A stretch of DNA of 60,220 bases, filler included, from Nemertoderma westbladi (GCA_032718475.1; 3 parts of 3 records of this genome joined end to end with filler, not necessarily neighbours in it); one strand, 5' to 3'; shown: positions 1 through 12,346, counted from the first letter of the whole stretch. Notes: generated by a model not told the origin, from the sequence alone. Made by a program: numbers and translations.

Positions 1-659
1 CTCTCTTACCTTAGGTATATCAAGAATATTGGGTTGCGGGGTTATTTATCGTTATTCCAAATATAATTATTCATCAACCATATTATGAAGAACTGACAGC
101 AAATAGCAGTATAAAACAACAAGTCAGTACCGGTACATAGGCATGAGATATTCAAGTAGTCAGTTTGTTTTGTATGTTAAAGGATATATGCCCTTTATAA
201 TTAAACCTACCAGTGTACGACTAAAAAGCAGTACAGCACAAAAATACTTCCAAGCCGTTCTTTCTTTGGCTCAAGACTGAATGTAAACACTGCACATAGG
301 CATTGCGTCATTTCTCGGAAATTTTCTGTACAAGGAGCCACAAAAACGCTCTCATTGGCTGACTGAACTGAGAGACGCCGTAGAACAAAGGAAATCAACA
401 CGTATGAATGTCAGCTGTTAACCGTAGTCATAGTAACTACTGTTCAAGAGTAGCTATCACCCTTTTGCGTCACGAATTGCCATAGAATCATAAAAATATG
501 CCTTTCACAGTACACATACGGAGGAAATAGGTCTTAGATCCTCTAAAAACACCGATACAGCAATAATACGGTCTCTTACACTTATTAAATCAACTACAGA
601 GTATTTTAAGGTAAAAGATAATAAAAAATAACGGGGCAATTCAGCAAAGGCTTTTACAG
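1..659. repeat. Dispersed repeat, copy 1 (runs off the window start)
   Basis: Bases 1-122 nearly identical to 19661-19782; patchy similarity continues to TCAGCAAAGGCTTTTACAG (~659 vs ~20310). Confidence 0.85.
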
Positions 660-1035
660 TAGGGCCTACATTTGCATAACGAACGCTCAGATTAGAATTC
701 ACTTTCATTTTATTAATACGGAATCTACCTCCTACAGTCCTACACAGCAAGCCTACTAAAAGACAGGCATGGCAGCCGGATTTATGCCTTCAAACTTGAA
801 GGCTAACTTTTGCAGGACCGCCAGGCAGCAGACCAGCACTGGAGCACTGCATACAATACAGTACTGGCCAACTGTTATACTTTATGTACTACCGGTACCA
901 GTAACATACTTATTACTTATGTCTGTACAGTATGTAATAAGTACATTTTACGTCTGTAGCTAGCTTTCATATTCCTGTTAATTCTGTAATTATTGAATTG
1001 TATTGCATTTGTTATTATTGTTTATATATTTGAAT

Positions 1036-1380
1036 ATGGTAAGAAAGTATTCTGTTGGTGGTTGTCGAGCGAATTGCCGCCCTAAACGTGAAAACGTACG
1101 TCTAATTTTTATAAACGCCACCTATTCCGTTTCCACCAGGTTATAGCTTATTTCCTAAGAGTGCTGTTGAGCTTGGTTCTTTTGCTGACTGTGCTCCCTA
1201 ACGCAGTAACGTGATACTCTTACTGTATAATCATGATACTGTTACGTCGAATATGGGAGTTTGTCGGAGACATTGGCCGGTAACCGCTGAGTTCAAGAAG
1301 AGTGGAGGGCGTTTCAAAGTTCCGGCGAATCCACCATCTATCTTCGAGGGTGTAGCGCCTTTTATTATCCCTACAGTACT
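1036..1380 (+). pseudogene. Degenerate THAP zinc-finger remnant (P-element-transposase-like N-terminus)
   Basis: ATG 1036 reads MVRKYSVGGCRAN; shifted frames give KRHLFRF and VTSNMGVCRRHWP...KVPANPPSIF, matching the THAP C-x2-H and AVPTIF-like box; broken by frameshifts and stops. Confidence 0.6.
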
Positions 1381-1878
1381 CCGCCACCTCCTCCTCACCC
1401 TGCATATCTCGTAGTTCGCCATCTTCACGAAATCCAGGTGTGGATCAGTTGGGCGAATTTTCAACTTTTCAACTGGACTTTCAACTGGGTGATCGGCGGT
1501 TGGAAGGACGGCCATTGCCCGCTTTGTCAGTCCCCTAACAGAACGCCATATGGTCTATGTAGCGAGCCAGGCGTTGGTTAACAACATCGATATGAAGTAG
1601 TGGAATATATTCCACAAAACCATTCATTGCTTCTTCGGCTGCTATTATTGGCTGTAATCGGTACCTGTGCTTGAGGCTGTGACTAAGAATACCATAGAAT
1701 ACAATATTATATTGAATGTGAGGTTGTCGAGTCTATGAAAGATGGTAAAATCCCCCCACCCCCGGATACTCCCATGCTGTAAAACATTATTACATTACAT
1801 TTTTCGAACCTTTCTCATCTGTATGTAAACACCATAGAATAATATTGCTAATGATTCCCTATGTAAAACCAAGACAAT

Positions 1879-1990
1879 AGATTAGCCGTAACGCGACAAT
1901 TAGCCGTAACGCGACTTTTAGAGTAGCCGTATCGCGACTTTTAAAGTCGCGTTACGGCTAATCTCCCAAAAAATTTGCCGTAACGCGACG
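1879..1990. repeat. Cluster of direct and inverted TAGCCGTAACGCGAC motifs
   Basis: About 4 direct copies plus one inverted (GTCGCGTTACGGCTAATCT). Confidence 0.8.
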
Positions 1991-3439
1991 ACACCGGCTG
2001 CTTCCACCCCATCTATAGTACTGTACTGTATGTTGGTCTGCAGACATTCGCAGCACAAAGTCCCACAAGAGACATAAGGGCACTTACTTATATAGCCTTA
2101 ATGGCTTGCCGTGTGTATATGTCTCACCGGATGTTTAATTAAAAAAATATATTCTAGGGATTATTTTAGTAGAAGGTAATTAAAACTTTACCACACAAAG
2201 GAAGTATGCGCGCCTCATATCGGATGCGACAAGGTCCAATGCTCTAGTGCCGAAGGTATCACAAATCCGTTATTCTATGCGGTTGTTGTTTCTTTTGAAT
2301 ATTTTTTACATTTTCGTTAGTTAAATAATAAAGTTTTCATTATAATTCATCATATACACTTTCCAGATCCCCCAGTTCAGCATGTATTACACGTTGCGGG
2401 GCCTTCGCGCAGCACGATAGACTATATAAGAAAGTGTACTAATCTCTAATAGATATACGAAAACCGTCATTCCCAAAATATCAATGAGTGATGCCTTCAG
2501 TTTGCGTTAAACGGGTTGTAAAAAACAGATTTCAGTTTGCCCTTATACGCTTTAATTGTCCGGCCCTTAAATGCCAAAACCGTCTATCTCATATTTACAT
2601 AGTTTTGAGAAAAACTCAAAATACATAGGAGGCCTGTTATTTGATTCCTGATTGGTGGAAATCCTGTGAAATGATATTATTAGGTAAGCTATTATAGTCA
2701 TAGAATTCTTTCAACAGCATTATCTGAAACTTCGATCTACATAGTGTAATGTGAGATAGAGCGTAATTGTAGCATAAAACTTACAAGTGCCAAAAATTGA
2801 ATTTGGTTGGAAAATATGATATTTTTGAGTCTCATATTTGTGATCAGCGTCTCAGAAAATCCCTAATGTCATGAAATAGGGTTGATTTAGTAATGATTTT
2901 TGATTAACAAATTTGTTCTACATTTATATTTTTCGTGCCGCACATTGACACATGTCTAAAAATGCCGTAATCAACAAGGTACGATATATTTCAGTGTCAT
3001 ATTCGTGATCAGCATCCAAAAAAAACAAATAAAAAATTCAATAAAGGTCATAAAATTGACCTGATTTTTTTTGCTGAATTTTCATTATCATGTTTGCTCT
3101 ACTTGTTTTTTTCGTGCCCCAGGAGGCGCTTTTAAAATTACAAAAAATTTTCTCGAATGTTATATTTCAGTTCTACAATTGTCATCAACATCCAAAAAAC
3201 GCGATATACCGCAAATAATTTATTTTAATTAGCCATAAAAAATTTAGCACGAAAAATTCTGGAGATGGATGTCAGAAAGAGACCACAGCACGAAAATTAA
3301 CATAGCTATATCAATGGCGTTTGCTATGTTGGATAGCCCATTAAATTTTAGGAAACTAATAAATCTAGGTACTAGTAAAAGCATATTTGTAGGCTATAAG
3401 GCAAGTTTACAGTCATTATTATATTGTTATTTGTCTTAT

Positions 3440-3545
3440 CCATTTGGGATAAGAGTAGCGCCCACCCCTACCCTCGGGTAGCAGCTATCGAAAGAGGAGC
3501 CTTCGGGTCGCCTCCGGCTTCGGCCGACTGTTTGCTTTTTTTTTG
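3440..3545 (+). mobile_element. SINE 3' fragment
   Basis: TTTGGGA..GTAGCG..CCTACC..GCTATCGA..GAGCCTTCGGGTCGCCTCC then a T-run; similar to 23230-23277 (+) and 22515-22620 (-). Confidence 0.55.
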
Positions 3546-3858
3546 AATTGTAGATCATAGAGATAGACTGATACAAATGAATAATTATTAGATACTAGAA
3601 AGCCCGTGGCCTTCGGCCACGGCTTTCTAGTTCACAAGCTTCTATACAATCAATCAATCAATGGACAATATCAAACATAAATAAATAAATTAATTAACTT
3701 AACAAAACTTTACATACGACTAACAGACTGATCCCGTTTTAGTTGCAGCTACATACAATAATAAACATAAGGCTTTATGTTGTAGTAGATACCTTCCAAG
3801 TAACACCTCCAATGGATTACAAATAATAAAATGGGAAAAGGTTTTAACTGTGTGTGAT

Positions 3859-4360
3859 ATTTCCCCCTTAGTGGAAAACTGCATAACTGCAGAGTAGTGG
3901 TTAGCGTCCTCGCAAACATAACCTATAGTGCAGTAGGTCACTGCAGCAACTCTATCGTATTAAAATGGAACGTTTTAATTTCAGAAATTTCGCCCCCTAG
4001 TGGCAGACTGCATAATTCTGCACTGGTTAGCGTCCTCCCCAAACACGAAGACTATGGTGTAGTAGTCCTCTGCCAAGTGCCAAGTATCAGCAAAAAAGCA
4101 TTCATAAACAACAAAATTGTAGGTTTCCTCATTCAGACATTTCATCCCCTAATAGCGGCAGACTGGGGAACTGTAGATTAGTCATCGTCTCCCCAAGCCC
4201 AAATACACACCCTACGGTGTAGTATACTATGCTTGGTATCAGCAAAAAACATTATAAAAATCATTATTAATAACAAAATAGGATAAGATTTTCACTTTCA
4301 GACATTTCGCCTCCTAGTGGCAGACTGAAGAACCGCAAACTGGTCGGCGTCCTCCCAACA
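3859..4360. repeat. Four diverged ~130-165 bp tandem units
   Basis: Core ATTTCGCCCCTAGTGGCAGACTG...TGGTTAGCGTCCTC recurs at ~3859, 3987, 4140 and 4304. Confidence 0.8.
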
Positions 4361-6471
4361 CGCAGCTATGTATAGATAGATTGAATCCAACGTCAATACA
4401 ACTAGACAGAATACACAGATAGAATAGAATACACAGATAAATAGAATACAAAGATATAATAAATACACAATATTCTGGAACAATTTGTTTATGTATGATT
4501 AGCTACGCAATATAGATATTGTATAGGCATACCACTGTTGCCAACCAACTCATAAAATTCTATTAAATTATTATAAAAGGAATTAAATTTATTATAAACA
4601 CCCAAGAGTTGCATATTTGATATGTGATCTGTGATTATTTATACACAATGATCTGTGATTATTTATATACTATGAAAACTGAGTATAGATAGCTTCATAA
4701 ACCGTTTGTTCGAAAAATATGGCACTTTTCAGTCATAAATATCAGCAATATATAATGTTATTGAAAAGAGCAGTTTTGCAGTCAAAAAATAATTCAATGT
4801 TGAAAACCGATATCACCTTTTATGAAAGCCCTTCTATCAAACTACAAAATAATTGTGTAAATTTTCGAAAATTTCATTTCTGTGGAGGTTATAGTTGGTC
4901 CCCTTAAGACTGACTGGCCGTTCTAGGCATTTAGCAATTTTGATCGGATCGTGGGAATTGGTATTTATTTGCTGTAGGGTAGGTTTCGCAGGGTACTTAT
5001 CTTTACAGGACTTGCTGAGAAGTATAACACACCAAAAGTGTGGGCTTAGTGCAAAGATATAATATTTCTGATCTAGATTATTTGAACTTGCTGAGAAAGT
5101 AATGATCTTCAATAAGAGAACAGTCCCGGAAATAAGCACTTTTGGTTGACTGAGCTAGAATTTTGCACTTTCTATCACAAATTTAGGGATATAAAGTAGT
5201 CGAAACATGCACTTTCTTGCTCTGTTTTCTACAAATTTTAGTGAGAAAAAATGTGGACTTTTCAAATAAAAATATTTTTTCACAGGAATGACCCGAATGA
5301 CCCACAAAAATGGCCCGTATTTTCGGCTGGCCCTAAGGCACGTGCCTTATATGCCTTAAGGTTAATCCGGCACTGACAAGCCCCCTTAGTCGGTATGTCG
5401 CTCGCTAGCTTTAATGTTAATTATCAACACTTTTATCACGTAGCTACCACAGTAGCGTAGTGGATAACACTAGGTTAATTAATGTAATGTAAAAGCCGCT
5501 GTCGGCTCTTAATGTCGGCATTACGTATACCGACGTAATACTACTATATAGTCGTATGTCAGTCACCAGATATGACAATAGTAAACAAAATCCATATGCA
5601 TAAAACTCTACAAAGTTTTCTACTAATCTTTATCACATTGCTTGATATTTGAAACACAACTAGTTCAAATGTCCGTCGTTGATACAATGAATCCGGAATT
5701 TTCGATTTTGCTGTTAAATTTTCTATACCGGTAAGCGTTTTAAAAAAGTGACTTTTGCGAAAGTGCCACCCTTCATATCGTCGCCCTTCTTCACATTTGT
5801 CTCGATTTGTACATATTATTGGAAAGCTGCTCTTATCAATGATTTCAAATATGTAACAATGTCTGAGTTTCGTTGAGAAACCTGTGATATAGGCGTTGTT
5901 GAAATATTGCAAGAAATTATCGTTCGTTGAAGGCCATGTATTGTATTTTTCAGTTTTAGTGTATTTTTCAATTTTATTTCACGTGCTGCGCGAAGCTCAA
6001 ATTGGATTATCATACCGGTATCGTAAAATTTTCACCTTAATCAAATACCCACCCTCGGGTGTCTGTCTATGTCTATTTGTGTTATGGGCACTTGAAACAG
6101 GTCAAAATTGACATTTTGATAAAAAAGCCATAGACTTATGATTTTCTAATGATTATCACATCTGATCATTATGACTTTTGATTTCCACCATTAAAATTTT
6201 TTTTTGTTTTACCGAGATACACACATGTGAGCGATTATCTGTGTTAAATTTGGATACATTTGTCACTGTAATAGAACCAGGTGACCTTTTCAGTACATTT
6301 TTTAGAAAATCTGTTCCCAAGACATTTAATTACCTGAGATTATATCAATATTATTAGGCCAACCGACTCATTCACAACACAATAGAACCTCCTGAACCCA
6401 GTTGTGTAGATAAAATATATAATAAGCCGTCAGATTCTCTCCACAATGTGAGAGTCAAATAGCCGAGTAAA

Positions 6472-7011
6472 TCAACTAATTTTCTGTTTCACAACACTTA
6501 TAAGCTCAGGAAACGTTGGCTCCATAAAATGTCCTCGATCAGTAAACTTTATTAACTGCGTGCGCAAACCGTCAGCCACCTGTTGGTGTTCGATCCATGG
6601 AATAAGTGGGTCATCCGAAGAACCAAACTGAACCTGGAAGTCTGTATTACTTCTTATGCTATCCCACTCCCACGGCCTGTCGTAATAACCGCTGGCCTTC
6701 TCGCCGGGGTCACCAAGGTCCGTGACACAAGCAGACACAAGAATGATTCCCTTCACTCTATATTTCTCTGCGAACCGCATGGATGCTTGGGCCCCTGAAC
6801 TGTGTCCGATTAGGATAGTCCCCTCGTCGCATTTCAACTGTTCTCTCATGAAGGGAAGCCAAACTGACTCCTTCGCTACTGTCGGGTCCGGCATATTCCG
6901 TAAATCGCAGGAAATACAGTCAATAGCGTTGAGTTTAGTTTGGGCCCATGCGTACCAGTTCGCATGGGCCACGTCCGCGCTACCATTCCCCGGTACTATA
7001 ACGATGTGCAT
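6472..7011 (-). CDS. RBBP9: Serine hydrolase RBBP9 (alpha/beta hydrolase), single coding exon
   Basis: 179 aa; IVPGNG, NWY, NMPDP..A.ES.WLPFM, GHSSG nucleophile elbow, GSSDDP, DRGHF. Confidence 0.95.
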   Translation of the reverse strand: MHIVIVPGNGSADVAHANWYAWAQTKLNAIDCISCDLRNMPDPTVAKESVWLPFMREQLKCDEGTILIGHSSGAQASMRFAEKYRVKGIILVSACVTDLGDPGEKASGYYDRPWEWDSIRSNTDFQVQFGSSDDPLIPWIEHQQVADGLRTQLIKFTDRGHFMEPTFPELISVVKQKIS

Positions 7012-8485
7012 CTCGAATTAATTCATAAGTAATCTCCAATGATTCACCTATAATTGCAGTACAACTCTCTGAATACTAACTACAGTAATAGTTACGGAGT
7101 TAAACGGAAGCGTTACCTAAGCCAACTGACTGACAGATGTAATCAATCCAACATCCGACAACATTCAGTATTCTTATTACAGTATTATTTGTGCTGTACA
7201 GAGTAGACGTTCATGGGGCCTTCGCGCAGCACGAAGTTTAGTTAAACAGTCTATTTTCAGAAATTTTAACAAATTTATAGAATTTCATAAACCCTATCAT
7301 TAAAAATCGCGTGATTTGGATTTTATAACTAAGATATGCAATATTTTGTGGAATAAACTACTTCGTATATAAGTCTACAACTGCCATGCTGTGCGTGGTA
7401 TTTAACGTTATTATATCTGTATTTACCCCAGATAGCAATAAAATATTTCAGGGTATGGGGATTCTAAACTTTTGCCAGAATACAAGTGTATCAAGTCTGG
7501 TTAGATTTCATAAAGGATTGGCAGAGTTAATTAATGTTCAAATATACGTACGAATGAGAGAGCGACAGGTTGATTAATCGTACCCTTACGCTAATGTTCG
7601 CCTTACTTCGTGGCTCGACCCACAGTACCAGATCTGACTTCAAATATAATAGAATGGGGTGCTGTACGGTACGCATATTGCCAATTGGGGTGTCGTTTCA
7701 GCCTATGGAAGTATTTCTGGGCTTCTAATTGGCTGTTTCTTCAATAAGCTCACCTCATTGGCTAACACTCTCCCATAGCCAAAAGGTGTGTCGGTTCAGC
7801 CCAATTGCCAGAAGGATTCAAGGATTTACAGTACATAGTGATAATAATCGACATATTGTACAGTACGTATAGCGCGAAATTAAACTATATTGTATCACCA
7901 TGAAGGGGTTGCCCCCCGATAAAAATATAATTAATAGACAATCTAATTACATATTAAATGCAGCTGGATAAGTAATTAAAATAAATTAAATATACTATTA
8001 TTACGTATGATTAATTAGGAACCGAGAGGTTAGTTAGATTTAAAACAAGCAAGATAAGTACTTGCAAGGTAAGTACTTAAGATAAATTAATCTAAAAACA
8101 AATACCATTTAAAACCAGCAAGATAAGTACAATTTAAAAACTAATTTCAAATTCGTACCAAAAACTGACAGTTGAGATAAAATGTGAATGAGACATTTTG
8201 AATTATTAGCAATAATTAATTAATAATCAATTATCAATATTATTAATAATATTAATTCGCCATATCGCCTGGCCAAGATGGGATTTGCGGGAAGTATTGC
8301 AGCAGCAGAGAGCATAACAAAATGTAGGGTAAGCAATAGTTGAGCGGCAGTACGGGTATTCGGTTTACAGTTTAGACAGCAGGCTGCAGCATTGTGTTGA
8401 GTTGAGATAGGCCTATAACAAACTTACACTGCATCATAACTCTGTAACTGCATGAGTGGAGTGGGATATTTCCAGTTACATAATT

Positions 8486-9027
8486 ATGGATTCCCTCCAA
8501 TCCTTTGATGGTTTTGTATTAATTGTAACTGCTTCTATAGCTGGTCTCATTGCGTTCATGATGATAACAAAAGGAATAGTATCATCGTTCTCCAACCCTA
8601 TTCGACGGCCTCGCATCCACATCCGGGCCCGGCAAAGGAATTACCCGGGAAGCGATATACTCCGAACTCCGGTACCCGACGATAAAGTGCGCTGGAAGTC
8701 GGAATTCCAGGATTACCATCCTGTAGTTTACACGGCCCCGTCTGTAACTAAAGGACCTGTGTGGGCGGACCCCGAGATCGATGGTTCGGGTGAACCCACC
8801 AAAGGTCCCCCCTTCCAGTACCACGACTTGGACGGCAAGGTGGACCGCAGGAGTTTTACGGGGGACTACACGGTGGTCGGGGGTGTTCCCTTGAATCCCT
8901 GTGGTCGTACCGGTGTCCGCGGACGGGGTCTATTGGGTAGATGGGGACCCAATCATGCGGCCGATCCTATAGTAACCCGATGGAAGCGAGAGAACGGGAA
9001 AATCTTACTCGATAAATCCTCAAACAA
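8486..9027 (+). CDS. NUDT9: ADP-ribose pyrophosphatase NUDT9, coding exon 1
   Basis: ATG 8486; VPDDKV.W, WADP, VDRRS, PLNP.GRTG..GRGLLGRWGPNHAADPIVTRW; donor AA|GTGAGT at 9028 (phase 2). Confidence 0.93.
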
Positions 9028-9353
9028 GTGAGTTTTACCGTAGGTAGGCCTATGAACGTGTTCTTAAAGACTGTTCGGTCTCGGTCGCACAGATCAGCCT
9101 ACACTTACACTATATCTATCTTTCATTGGCCTATGTAAAATGCCCAACCCCTCACTGGGCTCAAATCAATTTAGTGCCACCACCTTTATCACACCACCTC
9201 TTTATTTTACTTGGCTATCTGGGGTTACTTAATGACTTGGTTATCGGGATGTTTTGCAGGTACTGACTGGGATATTGATTTGTTTTTTAGGTTAGGGTTT
9301 GTTGGTCAGGCACAAACCATAATTAAAGCTGTAGTTTAACCCTAAGTCATGAA

Positions 9354-9454
9354 GCTCTAATCTAAGAAATTTTGTGTAATTTCGGACTTTTTGGTTTTGG
9401 CCCGAAGCGCCAATAGTAATGTCCGAAATTCTACAAAATTTATTAGATTAGAGC
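9354..9454. repeat. ~100-nt imperfect palindrome in NUDT9 intron
   Basis: GCTCTAATCTAA.AAATTTTGT..AATTTCGGAC pairs with GTCCGAAATT..ACAAAATTT.TTAGATTAGAGC. Confidence 0.75.
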
Positions 9455-9799
9455 CTCATAGTGGTGCGGGCTATAGGTCGGAAGCTCGGAACGTTGCAAA
9501 GTAATCAACTTCTAGAACACAATCGAAGAAAAGAATGAAGAGTAAGTGTTAAGATTATATACTGCACAGTTGTAACTGTAATTAATTGGATAAAAAGGAT
9601 GGGAATTTCATTAATATTCCTAAACATTACATTATTAAAGCTAATAATTCAGAACTTAGATCATATAAAAACGATGTATAGTGCCCTTTTCATGTTTAAT
9701 TTAATTATTAGCTTTAATATTCTAATGTTTAGGAATATTAATGAGATTCATATCCTTTTTGTGCAATTAATTGTAGTTACTCTAATAACTGTACGGTAA

Positions 9800-9955
9800 T
9801 AACTATTTACATACATGTGTGTAAAGTAGCACTTTACAGTGTGATGATCCGAGTGGCTTTGTTACACGAACGAACGTTAGTGAGTGAGTGAAAATAAAGC
9901 CAAGAGGATCAGAACACTGTAAAGTACTTTGCAACAAGTATGTATGTAGTTTTAT
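9800..9955. repeat. Imperfect palindromic element in NUDT9 intron
   Basis: TACATAC/ACTTTACAGTGT/TGATCC/GGCTTT mirrored by AAAGCC/GGATCA/ACACTGTAAAGT/GTATGTA. Confidence 0.7.
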
Positions 9956-10119
9956 TCCAAAATTTTAACATTACGAAATTATTGCACATATACATTATAA
10001 GTGATAGAAACTGCACAAATTATATTAGTTGCTGTATAAATAAATAGAATAAATAAAATAAAACTGGAAGTTTATTATTACTAAGATTTGATTACTTTAA
10101 AGCGTTCCGTCCTTGGAGA

Positions 10120-10322
10120 AAATCTACGCAAATAACAGCGGATTACTCCCAATAATAAAACTGTATGAAACCAGTTCTATTGCCTTTTTTTTATTGTTTT
10201 GGTTGGAATAAAATTTCACTGTAACCTCAACCTTTATCTTAATTGATAATTTAAAACATTGGGACCAAATATTAATTCGATGGGATTGGATTTGCGTCAA
10301 GTTCCCCCTCCCCCCTCCCCCT
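10120..10322 (+). mobile_element. Diverged copy of the ~290-bp polyG/polyC MITE family
   Basis: ACGCAAATAACAG, AATAAAACTGTA, TTATTGTTTTGGTT, CACTGTAACC, TTTGCGTC..CCCC as in 42218-42510. Confidence 0.7.
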
Positions 10323-10446
10323 GCCTCAAGCTTGAAGAAGAACTGGTAAAAATATCGCCATAAACACTTTTCTCAAAGTCTTTTAATTATAAGCGAAAAT
10401 AACAAATTTAATTCACAAACAACTAAAGAGGAAATAAGTAACTAAA

Positions 10447-10701
10447 GGAAATAAGTATGCTGCGCTCCAGCACCACCACTTATTCCGCACTATTGCCTTA
10501 GAGACCTTAGGCCCAATCGGTGCAGAAGGCACCGCAGTACTGCGGGAGATAGGGCGGAGAATCGCCAAGGAAACAGGTGAACCTAGGTCCACAGAATTCC
10601 TTTTCCAGCTGCTCTCAATTGCAGTGGTCAGAGGGAATGCGACATCTGTCCTAGGTACCACCCCCCACCAGGCGGGCCTTGATGAGGTATTCCTACTCTG
10701 A
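10447..10701 (+). mobile_element. 3' end of a CRE-clade non-LTR retrotransposon (restriction-like endonuclease C-terminus)
   Basis: Translates GNKYAAL...IALETLGPIG...LREIGRRIAKETGEPRSTEFLFQLLSIAVVRGNATSVLGT...LDEVFLL*. Confidence 0.85.
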
Positions 10702-10719
10702 ATCCAGGAATTCTCATAG

Positions 10720-10908
10720 GTGTTAATTTATCTCAACTCAGCAGTGAACCCAATATTATATAATATTATGTCACAACAATTTCGTCGGGACTTTCGTCGC
10801 GTTTGTTGCCGGGGTAACCAACAGCGCTTGGCTTTTATCAATCAAAGAACTGTCAATTACAATTCGGAAATGACGAGGCATAGCACACTCGATAGTACAA
10901 AACTGTAA
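10720..10908 (+). pseudogene. Orphan terminal-exon fragment of a class A peptide GPCR (TM7 + helix 8)
   Basis: [25 protein letters not shown] has the NPxxY motif, TRH/ETH/neuromedin-U receptor style; no upstream TM segments nearby. Confidence 0.85.
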
Positions 10909-11255
10909 CCTTGGAGACTTGAGATTACTTTTATAACATTAGATGGATGATTGACCGTCTGTTCGTATTAGAGTATTTCTTACTCTGAGAGAGAATTTGA
11001 TGTTTTACGAATTTTAGCTCCTCTATATACGAACTTTGTACAATATTATGTAGTTAACCGGTTTCTTGTAATTTAGTTTTGCTTTAATGTAACTCATGTA
11101 GACAAAATAACAAAAAAACTAAAGAGGAGGTATTTTAAAATTTAGTGTAATCTCATTAAGATTTGTCACAGAATTATTAAGACACTTCATTCCAGGACAT
11201 GTGCTTGTATTCGTTGTAAAAGTGCATTAACTTATGTCGGTTCTTATGTTTCCAG

Positions 11256-11685
11256 ACCAATCCTTCAATTCGTCTCAATCCAACGGCAGGATAGCGGTGA
11301 ATGGGCTATTCCCGGCGGAATGGTGGACCCCGGAGAGAAGATCAGTATAACGTTAGCGCGGGAGTTTGCGGAGGAAGCGTTGAACGCGTTGGAGAATGAG
11401 CCCAACAATAAGTTACAGGATTTGGTTAGAGAAGCTTTTAGTAAAGGAGTTGAGGTATACAAAGGGTATGTTGACGATCCGAGGAATACCGACAACGCGT
11501 GGATGGAAACTGTAGCGGTTAACTTCCATGACGACGAGGGTAACAGTCTCGGTAAGATACCGCTGGAGGCCGGAGACGACGCCAAGGCTGTACGATGGAA
11601 GGATATAGCGGGTTCCATGGCTCTATATGCCAATCATATTGAATTTCTACAGGAAACCGCGGAAATGCATCTCGCTCACTTTTAG
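11256..11685 (+). CDS. NUDT9: NUDT9 coding exon 2 (Nudix box); spliced product 323 aa
   Basis: Acceptor TTTCCAG|A at 11255 restores frame K-PILQFVSIQRQDSGEWAIPGGMVDPGE...REFAEE, YVDDPRNTDNAWMET, AGDDA. Confidence 0.95.
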
Positions 11686-11745
11686 AAAAGTCTCGAGAAT
11701 TTAACCGTAAAATTCAATATAGTTTATTTTTTTGTTTTTATCTTA

Positions 11746-12093
11746 CGGAACCACTAAAAAGGGACATAAAAGAAACGTGCGAACGACTTCAGTAAGTAAT
11801 TCGACTTCGCACGACTTAGCAAAAAAAATTACTTACTTACTTACTATTCTTAACGGATTGGCTAAATATGACGTCTTGTTATGAGTTGTAATAAAATGAT
11901 TTCTGTTAGATGATACAGTAGCAGTGGCCAACTGCGTTACTAAATTGATGTACGTCGATATCAACAGAACGCGTTCAGCCATCGTTGATTGTATATTTTA
12001 TTACCAGATTTTCTAAATATTTTAGCCAATCGAAGTATATTGAGTTAGTTCGCACGAGTTAGCAGATAATTTCATGTCCCTTTAGGGGCTCCC
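11746..12093. mobile_element. MITE with ~20-bp TIRs and TA flanks, just 3' of the NUDT9 stop
   Basis: TA|CGGAACCACTAAAAAGGGACAT ... ATGTCCCTTTAGGGGCTCCC|TA; internal GTGCGAA/TTCGCAC motifs. Confidence 0.7.
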
Positions 12094-12346
12094 TATGATC
12101 TGGTAGATATTATTTTCACATTTTCGTATCATTCTGTTCTGTTTTTACACATTTCAGTTTTTTTTTGTTCACCGGGGGGACGATATATTGTAAAATCTTT
12201 CATAATCAATAGTGACAATGTTTAACATAACAAATAATAGGCCAATATCTTATCAAAAAGTTAATTTAGAGCACAACCAACACTCTATACCGAGGCCGAG
12301 GATATAGGGACGATAGCGATAAAGGCTAGGAATTAATGAATAGCTA

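Noticed and set aside
10720-10908. GPCR piece as an alternative NUDT9 exon making a fusion protein
   Set aside because: Splicing from the phase-2 donor gives AAG TGT TAA, out of frame with the GPCR
9028-11255. NUDT9, ANKRD29 and RNF38 introns as further introners
   Set aside because: No TIRs or TSDs seen at their boundaries
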